Shown in pieces: positions 27,848 to 36,929 of a stretch of 64,000 nt of DNA; within the stretch, counting starts at the first letter, position 1; each line of letters begins with the position of its first letter. The stretch spans positions 3,240-67,239 of the forward strand of contig JBEROH010000015.1 in assembly GCA_041234785.1 (NCBI GenBank). Reading direction: 5' to 3'. Source of the stretch: Candidatus Actinomarina sp. (lineage in GTDB: Bacteria > Actinomycetota > Acidimicrobiia > Actinomarinales > Actinomarinaceae). Under the pieces are notes generated by a model, which saw nothing but the letters and a program-made list of their open reading frames with translations, had not been told where the DNA came from and made no database searches. A program made the position numbers and the translations under genes.

Positions 27848-30726
27848 GAATTATTTTCTTTGCTTTTAATTATAAGAATTAGAGTATCTCCTGTAGAAAC
27901 AAGCCCACCCTGGGCTATATTAGTCCCAATAACTTTTCCTTCACACCCTTGTACGTCTGTTGACTCGTAATTTTTCTTTAAAAATAAAATAACATTATTT
28001 TCTCTCATAAATGTTTTAATAATATCTTCTGCTTCGTCTCCTGTATAAGTACAAGGAGGGATATTAGGAATATTTGCAGAAAATTTTTTCCCAGAAACTT
28101 CTAACTCTAAAATTGTACCTTCAGGTACTTCTTCATCTTTTTCTATACTTTGGGTTAAAACTAAACCAGGTGCTTCCTCAGAATCTATCAATTTAATTGT
28201 CGGTAAAAGGTAAGTAGAAAAAGCTATCTCTTCAGCATCAATTATATTTAATCCAATCAATTGAGGAATTGTAACTGTAGGAATTTCATAATATTTTTCA
28301 ATATCGCTTGGATCAGTTGGCCAATCTACAACAGGTAAATTTTCAACCACTTTTACCATAAATTCTTTCCACATAGGAGCTGGCACTCTACCACCGGAAA
28401 CATTGTTGATAATTTCTCCATTTATTTCAACATCTGTCAATGGTAATTGTTCTTCAGCAAACCCAATCCAGACTGAAGATGTATATTGTGGTATGAATCC
28501 AATGAACCAAGCTTCTCTGAAACCTTGGTGGGTACCTGTTTTACCAGCAATAGGTCTATCATCTAAAACAGCCCTAGTTCCAGTACCAACTTGAGCAGCT
28601 ACTTCTAACGTTTTCCTTACAGCTGCCGCTGCTCCTGGATCTGGAATAGAGATTCTTTGAGAAACAATATGTTGATATAAAACTTCACCATTTGAATCTT
28701 CAATTCTTTCAATTAAATAAGTTGGGGCAAGCACTCCATTAGTTGCAAAAGATGAATACGCAGAAGCAATTTCAATTGGGGTAACAGCTCCAGCGCCTAA
28801 TGTTAAAGAAATTACTGGCTCTATATAAGAATTTATTCCAATTCTATTTGCGGTATTTGCTAATCTTTCCCCACCTAACTCAGAAGCTAATTGTGCAAAC
28901 ACGGTATTAATGGACCTTCTCGTTGCCTCTTCCAATGAGACCATGCCTGATGTATCGAGTAATTTTATAGACCTGTTGTATTCGCTTTTGTCATTACATG
29001 GTTTAAAAATATACTGAGCATCACTTTCGGGATCTATTTGAATTAAATTATTTTGATTATTTATTAATTCAGTATCAGTTATAACTGTTTGGTTGTCAGA
29101 TATTGAAACTGTATTTGCGTTTTCCTGATATAAAATTGGCTCACCATTTTCATCAAGTTGACCAAGGACTTTACCAATTTCTATCAGCTTATCTTTAACT
29201 TCTGGAATTTCTGACAAATTTGGTACGAGTGGAAATTGATCAATAAAGTCTATATTTTTTATTTCCTCAATATGATACCCTACACACTGAAGTTCAATTG
29301 CTCTATCTTGAGCGTAAATCTTATTTAAAAATCTATCCGCAGTAATAGATGTTCCATAGTTTCTAACAACCCATTTTGTACTTACACCATCAGGAGCACA
29401 AGGATAACCACAGTCAATTTCAACCGGACTGCGCGAATCTCTAAAACTATAAAGTTTTGCTCCAGATTCTAATGCCGCTAAGAGAGTTATAGGTTTAAAT
29501 GCTGAACCAGGGTTACGCATACCTTGGGTAGCTAAATTATACTGCTCATCTTCAAATGGCAAACCTGATGCCATTACTTCAATTGCACCAGTGTAGTTGT
29601 TAATTAGTGTGATTACACCAGTTGGTTTTGGATCATCTGATTCATCATCAATTTCTTTAGAAGGAACCCATTTATTTAATACCTGGTTAGCATGTTGTTG
29701 CAATTCAAGATTTAGTGTTATAAATACTTTTAAACCACCACCACCAGTACAGCTTGTATCATCTGAAGGACATCCAAATATTTTCTTTTTTCTTTCTTCG
29801 TTAGTATTTCCAAGAACTGCAAACTGTGGATCATTTAAAAGTTGTCTTTTTACCTCTGCTACAACATGCTGTGCCTGTGAAACGATTTCCTTTGGTTCAG
29901 AGATTTGTAAAGGAGCAAGTTTTGCTGATCTTGCTTGTATATCAACTATAAAGCCTTCTTTGAGCATGATGTCTAATACATCATTTCTTCTTTCGATAAC
30001 ACGATCTGGATATTTACGAGGATTATAGTAAGCCGGACTTCTGATGATAACAACTAATGTTGCTGCCTCATCTAAAGTGACATCTCTTATATCTTTATTA
30101 AAGTATTCATATGCTGCTGACTGGATTCCATAAGCACCAGCACCCCAGTAAATTGAGTTAATATAATATTCTAAGATTTGATCTTTACTATATCTTCTTT
30201 CAAGTTCAGCTGCCACTACAGCTTCTGCAACTTTTCTTCTTATGGATACTTCATCACCAACAAAAGCTTGTTTAGCAACTTGTGAGGTTATTGTGGATCC
30301 ACCCCTAGTAACCCCTCTTAAATTATCAAGTACAGCACTCATTATTGCTATAAAATCTACACCTTGATGAAGATAGTAATTACTATCTTCTGCAGCTAAG
30401 AGGGTATTTACAACAAAGGTAGGAATTTCAGACAATGGAATTGGATCACGGTTTAATCCATCATGAAGCTCATCTAAAATTTTATTGTCAGATGTGATGA
30501 TTGTAGATGGTTCAGATAGTGAAACAAAATTTAATACCATACCTTCTGCTCTGGGCAGAAATTGCTCTTCAAGAGTATTAACTACTCCCATACTTGTTTT
30601 AATGGGAAGAAAAATAAAAAAACCTATCCAGCCTGCAAGTAATGCACTCGAAATTAATATTATTAAACCAGCAACATATCTTGTGCCGAACCTAGATTTT
30701 ATTTCTAAGTTATGTATTTCTGCCAT
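27844..30726 (-). CDS. class A penicillin-binding protein (glycosyltransferase/transpeptidase) with C-terminal PASTA-like domains
   Basis: 960-aa ORF with an N-terminal TM helix. GT51 motifs are EDSNYYLHQG, GGSTITSQ and RKVAEA. Transpeptidase motifs are SAFK, SIN and KTG. The C-terminal repeats resemble PASTA. Confidence 0.9.
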   Translation of the reverse strand: MAEIHNLEIKSRFGTRYVAGLIILISSALLAGWIGFFIFLPIKTSMGVVNTLEEQFLPRAEGMVLNFVSLSEPSTIITSDNKILDELHDGLNRDPIPLSEIPTFVVNTLLAAEDSNYYLHQGVDFIAIMSAVLDNLRGVTRGGSTITSQVAKQAFVGDEVSIRRKVAEAVVAAELERRYSKDQILEYYINSIYWGAGAYGIQSAAYEYFNKDIRDVTLDEAATLVVIIRSPAYYNPRKYPDRVIERRNDVLDIMLKEGFIVDIQARSAKLAPLQISEPKEIVSQAQHVVAEVKRQLLNDPQFAVLGNTNEERKKKIFGCPSDDTSCTGGGGLKVFITLNLELQQHANQVLNKWVPSKEIDDESDDPKPTGVITLINNYTGAIEVMASGLPFEDEQYNLATQGMRNPGSAFKPITLLAALESGAKLYSFRDSRSPVEIDCGYPCAPDGVSTKWVVRNYGTSITADRFLNKIYAQDRAIELQCVGYHIEEIKNIDFIDQFPLVPNLSEIPEVKDKLIEIGKVLGQLDENGEPILYQENANTVSISDNQTVITDTELINNQNNLIQIDPESDAQYIFKPCNDKSEYNRSIKLLDTSGMVSLEEATRRSINTVFAQLASELGGERLANTANRIGINSYIEPVISLTLGAGAVTPIEIASAYSSFATNGVLAPTYLIERIEDSNGEVLYQHIVSQRISIPDPGAAAAVRKTLEVAAQVGTGTRAVLDDRPIAGKTGTHQGFREAWFIGFIPQYTSSVWIGFAEEQLPLTDVEINGEIINNVSGGRVPAPMWKEFMVKVVENLPVVDWPTDPSDIEKYYEIPTVTIPQLIGLNIIDAEEIAFSTYLLPTIKLIDSEEAPGLVLTQSIEKDEEVPEGTILELEVSGKKFSANIPNIPPCTYTGDEAEDIIKTFMRENNVILFLKKNYESTDVQGCEGKVIGTNIAQGGLVSTGDTLILIIKSKENNS

Positions 30727-30815
30727 ATCAGAATAATAACGTTTATAAGTTCAAACTAATACATTGAAAACTAAATTTGTAGTTTTAAGAGTGTAGTTAT
30801 TGTACAATTAACACG

Positions 30816-31862
30816 ATGGATTATTCACCGGGTCTTAGAGGAGTTGTAGCAGGTGAAACTGCTATCTCAACCGTTGGTAGAGAAGGTACTTCCTTACGTT
30901 ACAGAGGTTATGATGCCATTGAGTTAACAAAATCAAAATCTTATGAAGAAGTAGCCTCTTTAATAATTGCCAATGATTTTTCTAGTGAAGAATTTAAATT
31001 CAGTTATAAATCTCATTTTAAATCGATTAAAGAAAATGAATTTCTAAACTTTGTGCTAAATAAGATTAAAACCCATCAACATCCAATGGATGTTTTAAAA
31101 GTTATTACCTCTCTTGTAGGGGAACCTCTCTCAAGTAGCCAAATAGATGCGACTGCTCAATTAATTGCAGTATCTGGTTATGTTATTTCGTCTTATCACT
31201 CTGCTCCTTCTTTTGAAATACATGATAAATATGTTGTTGCAAGTTCACTTTTACCAGATTCTTCTTCTGAAGAAAAAATTGAAGCATTAGATGATATGTT
31301 AATTTTATATGCTGAACATGGTTTCAATGCTTCTACTTTTGCAACTCGTGTGACTGCCTCAACAAGATCAGATTTAACGAGTTCAATTCTTTCAGGAATT
31401 GGCACTTTAAAAGGTGAATTGCATGGTGGAGCTAATGAAAAAGCTGTTGAAATGATTTGTAACTATAAAGACACTGACGAAGCTTCAAGTGGTGTTTTAG
31501 AAATGCTAGAGAAAAAACAAAAGATTATGGGTTTTGGGCATGGAGTTTACAAAATAAAAGATCCAAGAAGTGCTGTTGTGAAAAGTTGGGTAGAAAAGTT
31601 AAGTGTTGGTAAAGAATCTAAAAACAGATTTAATATTGCACAAAAAATAGACTCAATTATGACAGAAAAAAAGAACCTCTTTCCAAATGTAGATTTTTAT
31701 GGGGGTTTAATGTTGTATGAATTAGGCTTTGAGATAAAGTTATTCACTCCAATATTTGTTACTGGCAGAACTGCAGGATGGGCAGCTCACTATTTTGAAC
31801 AAAGAGAACAAGATGTGTTAATTAGACCAGCTGCTAGATATATTGGCCCTGCCGAAAGATAG
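30816..31862 (+). CDS. prpC: citrate synthase family enzyme, probably 2-methylcitrate synthase
   Basis: 348-aa ORF with citrate synthase motifs (GFGHGVYK, HGGANE), directly followed by prpD. Confidence 0.8.
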   Translation: MDYSPGLRGVVAGETAISTVGREGTSLRYRGYDAIELTKSKSYEEVASLIIANDFSSEEFKFSYKSHFKSIKENEFLNFVLNKIKTHQHPMDVLKVITSLVGEPLSSSQIDATAQLIAVSGYVISSYHSAPSFEIHDKYVVASSLLPDSSSEEKIEALDDMLILYAEHGFNASTFATRVTASTRSDLTSSILSGIGTLKGELHGGANEKAVEMICNYKDTDEASSGVLEMLEKKQKIMGFGHGVYKIKDPRSAVVKSWVEKLSVGKESKNRFNIAQKIDSIMTEKKNLFPNVDFYGGLMLYELGFEIKLFTPIFVTGRTAGWAAHYFEQREQDVLIRPAARYIGPAER

Positions 31863-33252
31863 CTTCTTGCAAAAAGAAAATATTGATAAAGTACTATCTA
31901 ATTATCTTTCTACTCAATTTGAAATTGATGAACAATTGTTTTTTTCATCAAAACTTGCAATTCTAGATACAGTTGGTTGTATTTTTGAAGCTTATTCACA
32001 TGATAATGTAGCTCAGTTTGCAAGAAATGACTTAAACCCAAAGAATTTTAATAATCCATTTCTTGTTCTGGATAAAATTCAATCTCACAATGAACAAACA
32101 TGGTTTTTAACTGTTTTAACAAGATGGTTTGATTATAACGATACTTTTCTTGCAAAAGAATGGGCTCACCCATCCGATAATTTTGGGGCAATCTATAGCT
32201 ATTTTTTTGAAAACAAAAATCTTAAATTTGAAGACTTTATTATTTCCTTAATTCAAGCGTATGAAATTCAAGGAAGCTTATCATTAGGAACATCTTTAAA
32301 TAAGCTTGGATTTGATCATGTTTTTTTTGTCAAAATTGCTGCAGGATCTGTTTTTGCAAACTTGCTACATAAGGGAGACAACAGAAAACTACAAAGAACA
32401 GTAAATAATATTTTAGCTGACGGACCAACATTAAGGTCGTATAGGCATTTTCCAAATGTTGGTAGAAGAAAAAGCTGGGCTGCAGCGGATGCATCAAGAA
32501 GAGGAATTGAATTGGCAATATTAAGTACGTTTGATGATGAAGTTTATGAAGACATACAAAATGATCCTAATTGGGGATTTGAAAAAGTTTTTATGGCTAA
32601 CTCAACCCTTGAATTCGGAAAAGAGTTAGATACATGGGTAATGAAAAATGTTTTGTTTAAAGTTTTATACCCTGCTGAATTTCATGGACAGTCTGCCATT
32701 GAAGCAGCTATTAGTTTAAGCTCCGAATTTCTTACAAACCAAAACAAGATTGAGTCAATAAATGTATACACCCACGAACCTGCAATTAGGATTATTTCAA
32801 ATAAAATAACTTTGAAAAATGCATCGGATAGGGACCATAGCTTAGAATATATGGTTGCCGCAGGACTCCTTTTTGGTGATTTAAATTACTCAATGTATGA
32901 AGAAGATTTTTATGGCTTTAAAGAAATTGAATGTTTAAGGAGAAAAATATCTGTTAAAGAAAATATTGAATTTACAAAAAATTATTATGATTTTGAAAAA
33001 AGAGATATTTCTAATTCAGTGGAACTTGTTTATTCTGACGGTTCGGTATCCAACAAGGTAACTGTAGTAAACCCTCTTGGTCACCCTTCTAGAAGAAATG
33101 AAGCTGTTGAACTGTTAAAAGAAAAATTTATTAAAAATTTAAGTACTTTTTTAGATTCAAATACATCAATTAAATTATGGGAAGAAATTATTTCAATAAA
33201 ATTAGATGCTAGCTTCGCTGATTTCGCTAATATTTTAGAGCAATATGTATGA
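31843..33252 (+). CDS. prpD: 2-methylcitrate dehydratase (MmgE/PrpD family)
   Basis: 469-aa ORF, PrpD-like (LDTVGC near the N-terminus, HPSDN, DHSLEYMVA). The start is uncertain (TTG at 31843 or later). Confidence 0.82.
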   Translation: MALPKDSFLQKENIDKVLSNYLSTQFEIDEQLFFSSKLAILDTVGCIFEAYSHDNVAQFARNDLNPKNFNNPFLVLDKIQSHNEQTWFLTVLTRWFDYNDTFLAKEWAHPSDNFGAIYSYFFENKNLKFEDFIISLIQAYEIQGSLSLGTSLNKLGFDHVFFVKIAAGSVFANLLHKGDNRKLQRTVNNILADGPTLRSYRHFPNVGRRKSWAAADASRRGIELAILSTFDDEVYEDIQNDPNWGFEKVFMANSTLEFGKELDTWVMKNVLFKVLYPAEFHGQSAIEAAISLSSEFLTNQNKIESINVYTHEPAIRIISNKITLKNASDRDHSLEYMVAAGLLFGDLNYSMYEEDFYGFKEIECLRRKISVKENIEFTKNYYDFEKRDISNSVELVYSDGSVSNKVTVVNPLGHPSRRNEAVELLKEKFIKNLSTFLDSNTSIKLWEEIISIKLDASFADFANILEQYV

Positions 33253-34114
33253 TATTTTTTTACTAGTTGGCGGTGAAGCAACACGTTTGCAACCTCTTTC
33301 ACTAGGCACTCCTAAAGCCCTTCTAACCATAAAAGATATAAAAATAATAGATTTAATTTTTGATGAATTTTTAAAAATAGGTAAATTTGACTTCCACTTA
33401 ATTTGTTCAGAAAAACACAAAATCTTATGGGAAGAGTATGTTAGTAAGACAAGTAAAAATATTACCTTACATTTTGAAGCTGAAAAGCTTGATACAGCAG
33501 GATATATTGTACAAAACATAGAATTACTTCCTGATAGTTTTTTTTGTATGAATGGAGATTTACTTCTTAATGTAAACCTTGAAGAGTTAATCAATGCTGG
33601 CTTAAGTTCAAATAATTCATTGATAGGTTCAATTGAAGTTGTAGACCCCTCTAGATACGGAGTCATAGAAATAGCAGATACTGGTCAAGTTTTAAATTTT
33701 ATTGAAAAACCAAAAGATTTAAAATTTGGAAATAAAATAAGTCTTGGTTTCTATCATTTATATAAATCAGACATTCTTGAGGTCTCACCTTCACTGGGTA
33801 TTCCTTGCTCTTTTGAAAGAAATTTATTTCCATTATTAGCAAAAAAAGGACTACTTGATACATTTACAGTTAAAGGGAATATGATTGATGTCGGAACGTT
33901 AGAGTCCTATATCGCAGCTCACATTGAAGATGGATCAAAGAATTGGATATCTAATAATAATGTTCATATTGATAGCAACGTATTTATTCAAAATAGCGTA
34001 ATTTTAGAAAATTGTATAGTAGAAAATAATGTGAGTATTACAAATTCTATTATTTCTCCTAACTCAACTATTAAGAGTGGTAGTAATATTAAACATGAAA
34101 TAGTGAGGACTTAA
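33245..34114 (+). CDS. sugar-1-phosphate nucleotidyltransferase (ManC/GDP-mannose pyrophosphorylase-like) with C-terminal left-handed beta-helix
   Basis: 289-aa ORF with the N-terminal motif LVGGEATRLQPLSLGTPKALL and C-terminal hexapeptide repeats. Confidence 0.82.
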   Translation: MYDIFLLVGGEATRLQPLSLGTPKALLTIKDIKIIDLIFDEFLKIGKFDFHLICSEKHKILWEEYVSKTSKNITLHFEAEKLDTAGYIVQNIELLPDSFFCMNGDLLLNVNLEELINAGLSSNNSLIGSIEVVDPSRYGVIEIADTGQVLNFIEKPKDLKFGNKISLGFYHLYKSDILEVSPSLGIPCSFERNLFPLLAKKGLLDTFTVKGNMIDVGTLESYIAAHIEDGSKNWISNNNVHIDSNVFIQNSVILENCIVENNVSITNSIISPNSTIKSGSNIKHEIVRT

Positions 34115-34118
34115 GAAA

Positions 34119-35048
34119 TTGAAAATAGTTGTTACAGGTGGTGCAGGTTTTATAGGATCACATTTAGTTGAAAGTTTATTACTCGAATCTCATCAATTAT
34201 TAGTTTTTGACAATCTATTAACTGGAAAAAAAGAAAATCTGAATTTTGATAACAATAAAAATTTTCAATTAGTAGTTGATGATTTTGGTTCTGAAAGCTC
34301 CCTTCAACAAATCAAAGATTTTGATCCAGATATTTGTTACCATCTTGCCGCACAGTCTTCAGTTGTTATTTCAGTAAAAGATCCAGCTTTAGATTTTGAG
34401 CATAATATTCTTCAACCAATTAAATTAATTCAAACTTTATTAACTACTAATTGTAAAAAATTAGTTTTTACATCTTCAGGTGGAACTATTTTTGGTGAAC
34501 CAATAGTTATCCCAACTGGAGAAGATGACTTTGCAGGAGAACCAGAATCTCCTTACGGAGTGGCAAAGAAAAGACTGAATGAACTTATCTCAATAATGAC
34601 TAAAGAGTCTAGTTTATCTTATTCAATACTTAACCTCTCAAATGTATATGGTCCTAGACAAGATCCAAATGGAGAAGCTGGTGTGGTGTCAATATTTGCA
34701 AATAAGTACTTAACAAATCAGCAACCAATTATTTATGGTGATGGCTTTCAGACAAGAGATTATATTTTTGTTAAGGATGTTGTCAGCGCTTTAATTAAAT
34801 CTTCAACATTTGATGAAAACTTATTCTTAAATATAGGAACTGGAGTAGAAACTTCAGTTAATGAACTAGCTTTAGCAATGAAAGAGGAGTTTTCTTCAAA
34901 TATTGAACCAATATTTCATGAAGAAAGAGTAGGAGAGCTTAAGCGTAGTGTTTTGAACAACAATAAAGCAAAAAATATTCTTAAATGGAAACCAGAATAT
35001 GAATTGAAATCTGGCATGAAAGAAGTATTTGCTTGGCTTAAATCCTAA
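34119..35048 (+). CDS. NAD-dependent nucleotide-sugar epimerase/dehydratase (GalE-like SDR)
   Basis: 309-aa ORF with the Rossmann motif TGGAGFIGSH and the catalytic YGVAK (YxxxK). Confidence 0.88.
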   Translation: MKIVVTGGAGFIGSHLVESLLLESHQLLVFDNLLTGKKENLNFDNNKNFQLVVDDFGSESSLQQIKDFDPDICYHLAAQSSVVISVKDPALDFEHNILQPIKLIQTLLTTNCKKLVFTSSGGTIFGEPIVIPTGEDDFAGEPESPYGVAKKRLNELISIMTKESSLSYSILNLSNVYGPRQDPNGEAGVVSIFANKYLTNQQPIIYGDGFQTRDYIFVKDVVSALIKSSTFDENLFLNIGTGVETSVNELALAMKEEFSSNIEPIFHEERVGELKRSVLNNNKAKNILKWKPEYELKSGMKEVFAWLKS

Positions 35049-35743
35049 AGAAAAAAATCTTCATTATCATTTCTGATAAGTTCACTAGCATCTTCAGAAG
35101 ATTGTTCATAGTTATAACCTCTAATAATTGCAATTGGAACATCTATTGATTTTGCCATTACTAATTCACCAGCGCTTGCAAGTTCATCTATAATTGCTAC
35201 TTCCGTTGCGTGTAGCTCATTGTTAAAACTATCTAAGGTTCCAATGTAACTAGCTATAGGTTTTATACCTGAGGAACCTATAGCAAAATTAACTTGACCT
35301 TTTCTCCAAGCTCTGCCAAACGTATCTGAAATAATGACTGAAACTTCAACATTTAATAATTTAATCAAATTATTCCTAATATATTTTGCTGATTTGTTTG
35401 GGTCTTCTGGAAGAAGTAAGGCATAATTATTTTCAACATTAGATTTATCAATACCAGCGTTCGCACATATAAATCCATGCTTAGTTTTTGAAATAACCAA
35501 GTCACCTCTTTTTCTAATTACATATTTTGTTTGACTTTCTAATAATTCTTCAAATGAGATCTCGTTTAAATTTTTTGCCATGCCTTCACTTTTTGATACT
35601 ATTTTTTGAGTAAAAATAAACACATCATTTGATAAAACTTCAGTTTTATTTTCGGTTAACGATTTGAAAGTTAATTCAGCAAGATCATCTCCTGGCTTTA
35701 TTTCTGGAAGTCCCTTAACTGGTATTATTTTTACTTCATTCAT
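35045..35743 (-). CDS. cofE: coenzyme F420-0:L-glutamate ligase (CofE domain only)
   Basis: 232-aa ORF, CofE-like (PVKGLPEIKPGDDLAEL, FTQKIVSKSEG). It overlaps cofD by 8 nt. Confidence 0.8.
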   Translation of the reverse strand: MNEVKIIPVKGLPEIKPGDDLAELTFKSLTENKTEVLSNDVFIFTQKIVSKSEGMAKNLNEISFEELLESQTKYVIRKRGDLVISKTKHGFICANAGIDKSNVENNYALLLPEDPNKSAKYIRNNLIKLLNVEVSVIISDTFGRAWRKGQVNFAIGSSGIKPIASYIGTLDSFNNELHATEVAIIDELASAGELVMAKSIDVPIAIIRGYNYEQSSEDASELIRNDNEDFFL

Positions 35744-36632
35744 AACTAAGAATATTTGTTGCCAATTTTTTTGCGTTGTTTTTATTTTTAAAATAAATAT
35801 CTTTTTCTATAACATTGTCTGTATTATCTGAATCACCATGTTGCACTATAAAAGTATTTACTATATTTTTATAATAATTTTTTAATCCTTGGATATCAGG
35901 AGTATATCCCATATCTTTAAAATTGTTAACAGATGGCCCCTTAACAGCTAAGTTATTGATAAATGGACTAATAGCTAAAACTTTCTTATGTTCTTTTAAA
36001 AGATTGTTCAATTTCGGTATAGAGAGTATAGGTCCAATTGATAAAATCGGATTTGAAGGTCCTATGATGACAACGTCTGCATTTGTAATTTTTTTTATCA
36101 CATTGGATGATAATTTAGCTTTACTACTTCCTTCATAAATTACTTTCTTCAACCTTGGTTTAGCTTCCATATTAACAAAATAGTCTTGAAAATTTAATTT
36201 TTGATTTTTGGTTGTAACTAATTTTGTACTTACCTGATCGTCAGACATTGGATAAATGGCACAATTGATTTTGAAGAAGTCTTTTATATTTTTTGTGATA
36301 TCAGTCAGAGACTTACCTTCGTGAAGCATTTGATTTCTATATAAATTTATTGAAAGATCTTTATCTCCTACAGCAAATTTTATTTTCATAAGTTTAGATA
36401 GTTCATAGTTGACTGTAAATTTGTCATTCTTGACACCCCAACCAAATTGACCCTCGATTCCAGCAAGCGCATAAACAACTGAATCTATGTCCGGTGACAA
36501 TTGAACTCCATGAATAAACTCATCGTCTCCAGTATTGACAATAATAGATAACTCAATTCCAGGTATAGCATTTAAACCTTTGGCGAATTTAGCTCCACCA
36601 ATTCCACCACTTAAGTAAACTACTTTTTTCAT
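35736..36632 (-). CDS. cofD: 2-phospho-L-lactate transferase (F420 biosynthesis)
   Basis: 298-aa ORF, CofD-like (LSGGIGGAKFAKGL, VNTGDD, SPDIDSVVYALAG). Confidence 0.85.
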   Translation of the reverse strand: MKKVVYLSGGIGGAKFAKGLNAIPGIELSIIVNTGDDEFIHGVQLSPDIDSVVYALAGIEGQFGWGVKNDKFTVNYELSKLMKIKFAVGDKDLSINLYRNQMLHEGKSLTDITKNIKDFFKINCAIYPMSDDQVSTKLVTTKNQKLNFQDYFVNMEAKPRLKKVIYEGSSKAKLSSNVIKKITNADVVIIGPSNPILSIGPILSIPKLNNLLKEHKKVLAISPFINNLAVKGPSVNNFKDMGYTPDIQGLKNYYKNIVNTFIVQHGDSDNTDNVIEKDIYFKNKNNAKKLATNILSYE

Positions 36633-36677
36633 TATTTGTTACCTTCTATTTACAAGCTATCAACTAACATTTTATTA

Positions 36678-36929
36678 ATGATAGACAAAGATATTCTAGA
36701 TGGTTTGTCTGAACTAGATGAAGCAGATTTAAAGAGAATTAAGTTATTAGTTGATAATAAATTAAATATTCAAAAGGATGCAAAAGTTTCCTATAGAAAA
36801 AAAAATATAAAATGTGGAAAAGAATCATGTCAAACTTGTCCACACGGACCTTACTGGTATGCAGAATGGACAGAAAACGGGTCTCGAAAAACCAAATATT
36901 TAGGAAAAATTTTAAATGAACTTACTTAA
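36678..36929 (+). CDS. small zinc-ribbon protein with a CGKxxCxxCPHGPYWY motif (83 aa from ATG; 97 aa from upstream TTG at 36636)
   Basis: ORF with an acidic helical N-terminus and the C-terminal sequence CGKESCQTCPHGPYWYAEWTENGSRKTKYLGK. Its stop overlaps the start of the next gene by 14 nt. Confidence 0.65.
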   Translation: MIDKDILDGLSELDEADLKRIKLLVDNKLNIQKDAKVSYRKKNIKCGKESCQTCPHGPYWYAEWTENGSRKTKYLGKILNELT

